Shown here: piece after piece, positions 62,622 through 64,000 of the stretch
Layout of the letters: every line of letters begins with the position of its first letter
How positions within the stretch are numbered: position 1 is the stretch's first letter
From: Phoronis australis
Lineage: Eukaryota; Animalia; Phoronida
Direction: 5' to 3'
Assembly: GCA_002633005.1 (NCBI GenBank)
Contig: NMRA01000098.1
Location: forward strand, 793,042-857,041
DNA length: 64,000 bases
Notes under the pieces: generated by a model
The model's input: the letters and a program-made list of their open reading frames with translations, nothing else
Databases searched by the model: none
Told to the model about the DNA's origin: nothing
Translations under genes and position numbers: made by a program

Positions 62622-64000
62622 TTAAAGTAGATCATCGGTTCATTGTTAGACACACCACGCGCTGAGAGACTGCTATGAAATTGAAGTACAAAATGGATAC
62701 AGAAGTTGGGTGGATGGTTGAAGGACGTCGTGAGCATGAGATCGCAATAGCAAATGTCAAATTATCCAAATTGAAGTTAGGTGAGTATTTATCTGTTTTC
62801 ACAACTTGTTGTGTTCTTGAACACTACACGGCGTGAGGCGACCCTGAACTGGAGGCATTCGTTCTCAACGGTCATATACATGCAGACACACAACGCTCTC
62901 AGGATGTTTTGTTTTCGTTTTCCCCGGCATCTTTCTATCATGTCTACACGTCGTTGGCGCAATATTATGGCGACTGAGTGAACAGTGCTGTAGTGGGGCG
63001 TGGACGCACGCACGAAGGCGCAACCAACCACCTTTTGGCATATGAAGGTAATGCCTGCAAAACGTAAGTCCTGACTACATTAGCATGCAGTATCGATGAA
63101 CTGCTACATTGACGACAGCATTGTTGCCGACTGTTCCCTGGCGCGTGACCTCGCTCAGTCTGGTGTTGCATAAACCTTCGAAGCCTTATCTTTCCTAGAT
63201 CCCATTAACTGTCTTCGTGAATGGTGAATTGGCGATGGAATTTCCAAAACAATCTCAAAACTCTTGAATTCAAGGACCTGAAATAGTAAACATGGCGGAC
63301 TTCAGTTGTGCTTCAACTTGTACGCCTGTCGTATGTGAAACTTCGAGTTTGAGCAAGCAACCTATATTTCAAGTTCAATAATTCTAATCCAAAACTCAAC
63401 TAATTGAGAATGTTAAAGTTAGTATTTTAATGATTATTTGTAACTTTATTCCACTGTCGGCTCATTTTAGCCTTTAACTTAGAATTTTATTGCATAAACT
63501 GGCGTATCTTGTCAGAGGCGGATCTACGGGGGGGTTCAGGGGGTTTAAACCCCCCCCTTGGGCCAGGACCCAAAATTAAAAAAAAAACAAAAACGTCGTC
63601 ACCAAAACAAAAACGACACCACCAGCTTGTGTAAACCCCAAGTAAACCAACTTGGAAAAAAATGAGGGGGGTGGTTCACTCTGAAAAAATAAATTTTTGA
63701 ATTGCAAATTGCTGTTATGAAAATCAACGCATTTTGAGTCTTCGTGGATCATCGGCAAAACGCGCGGAGATCAATTGTGGGCGCGCTTCCGTCGACACTT
63801 CTGAAGTTGCCAAGCATTTTAGATGGATTCACCGCTGAAAGAGCAGCTCTATAGCTGATTTCTTTAGATAACTAGCTTCTTTACTCTAAGATATAATTTG
63901 ATTTGATTAGGGGAAATACTGTGGTGCCGCAACCCTGATATTCAGGCAAATTGACGTGCAACGTTTTTACCTCATCTGTCATTCCATTATACCCTACACG

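Overview
AT-rich, intron-containing eukaryotic DNA, most likely a metazoan invertebrate, with two assembly gaps (43392-44204 and 52304-52812). Three host genes are supportable. (1) A minus-strand membrane protein with about 21 in-register 11-residue amphipathic repeats (5378-6991). (2) A four-exon, divergent SUMO gene (11688-22947), head-to-head with gene 1. (3) An intronless type I membrane receptor with TSP1-like, F-type lectin and kringle domains and a Tyr/Asp-rich tail (53926-55122). The rest is dense with transposons: an Academ-type element with satellite-like arms (26989-32017), a deleted Polinton/Maverick (39450-44688), Kolobok-like, Harbinger-like, pogo-like and hAT-like MITEs, a LINE ORF1 remnant, a decayed SAP-YqaJ gene, tRNA-derived SINE heads, and a Penelope remnant with a hammerhead ribozyme. 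The Polinton keeps an intact adenain protease and a decayed major capsid gene, and it carries an unexpected ORF resembling the N-terminal half of a Fic (AMPylase) protein. That cargo is the most notable observation. All protein family calls are motif recognition by eye; no searches were run.
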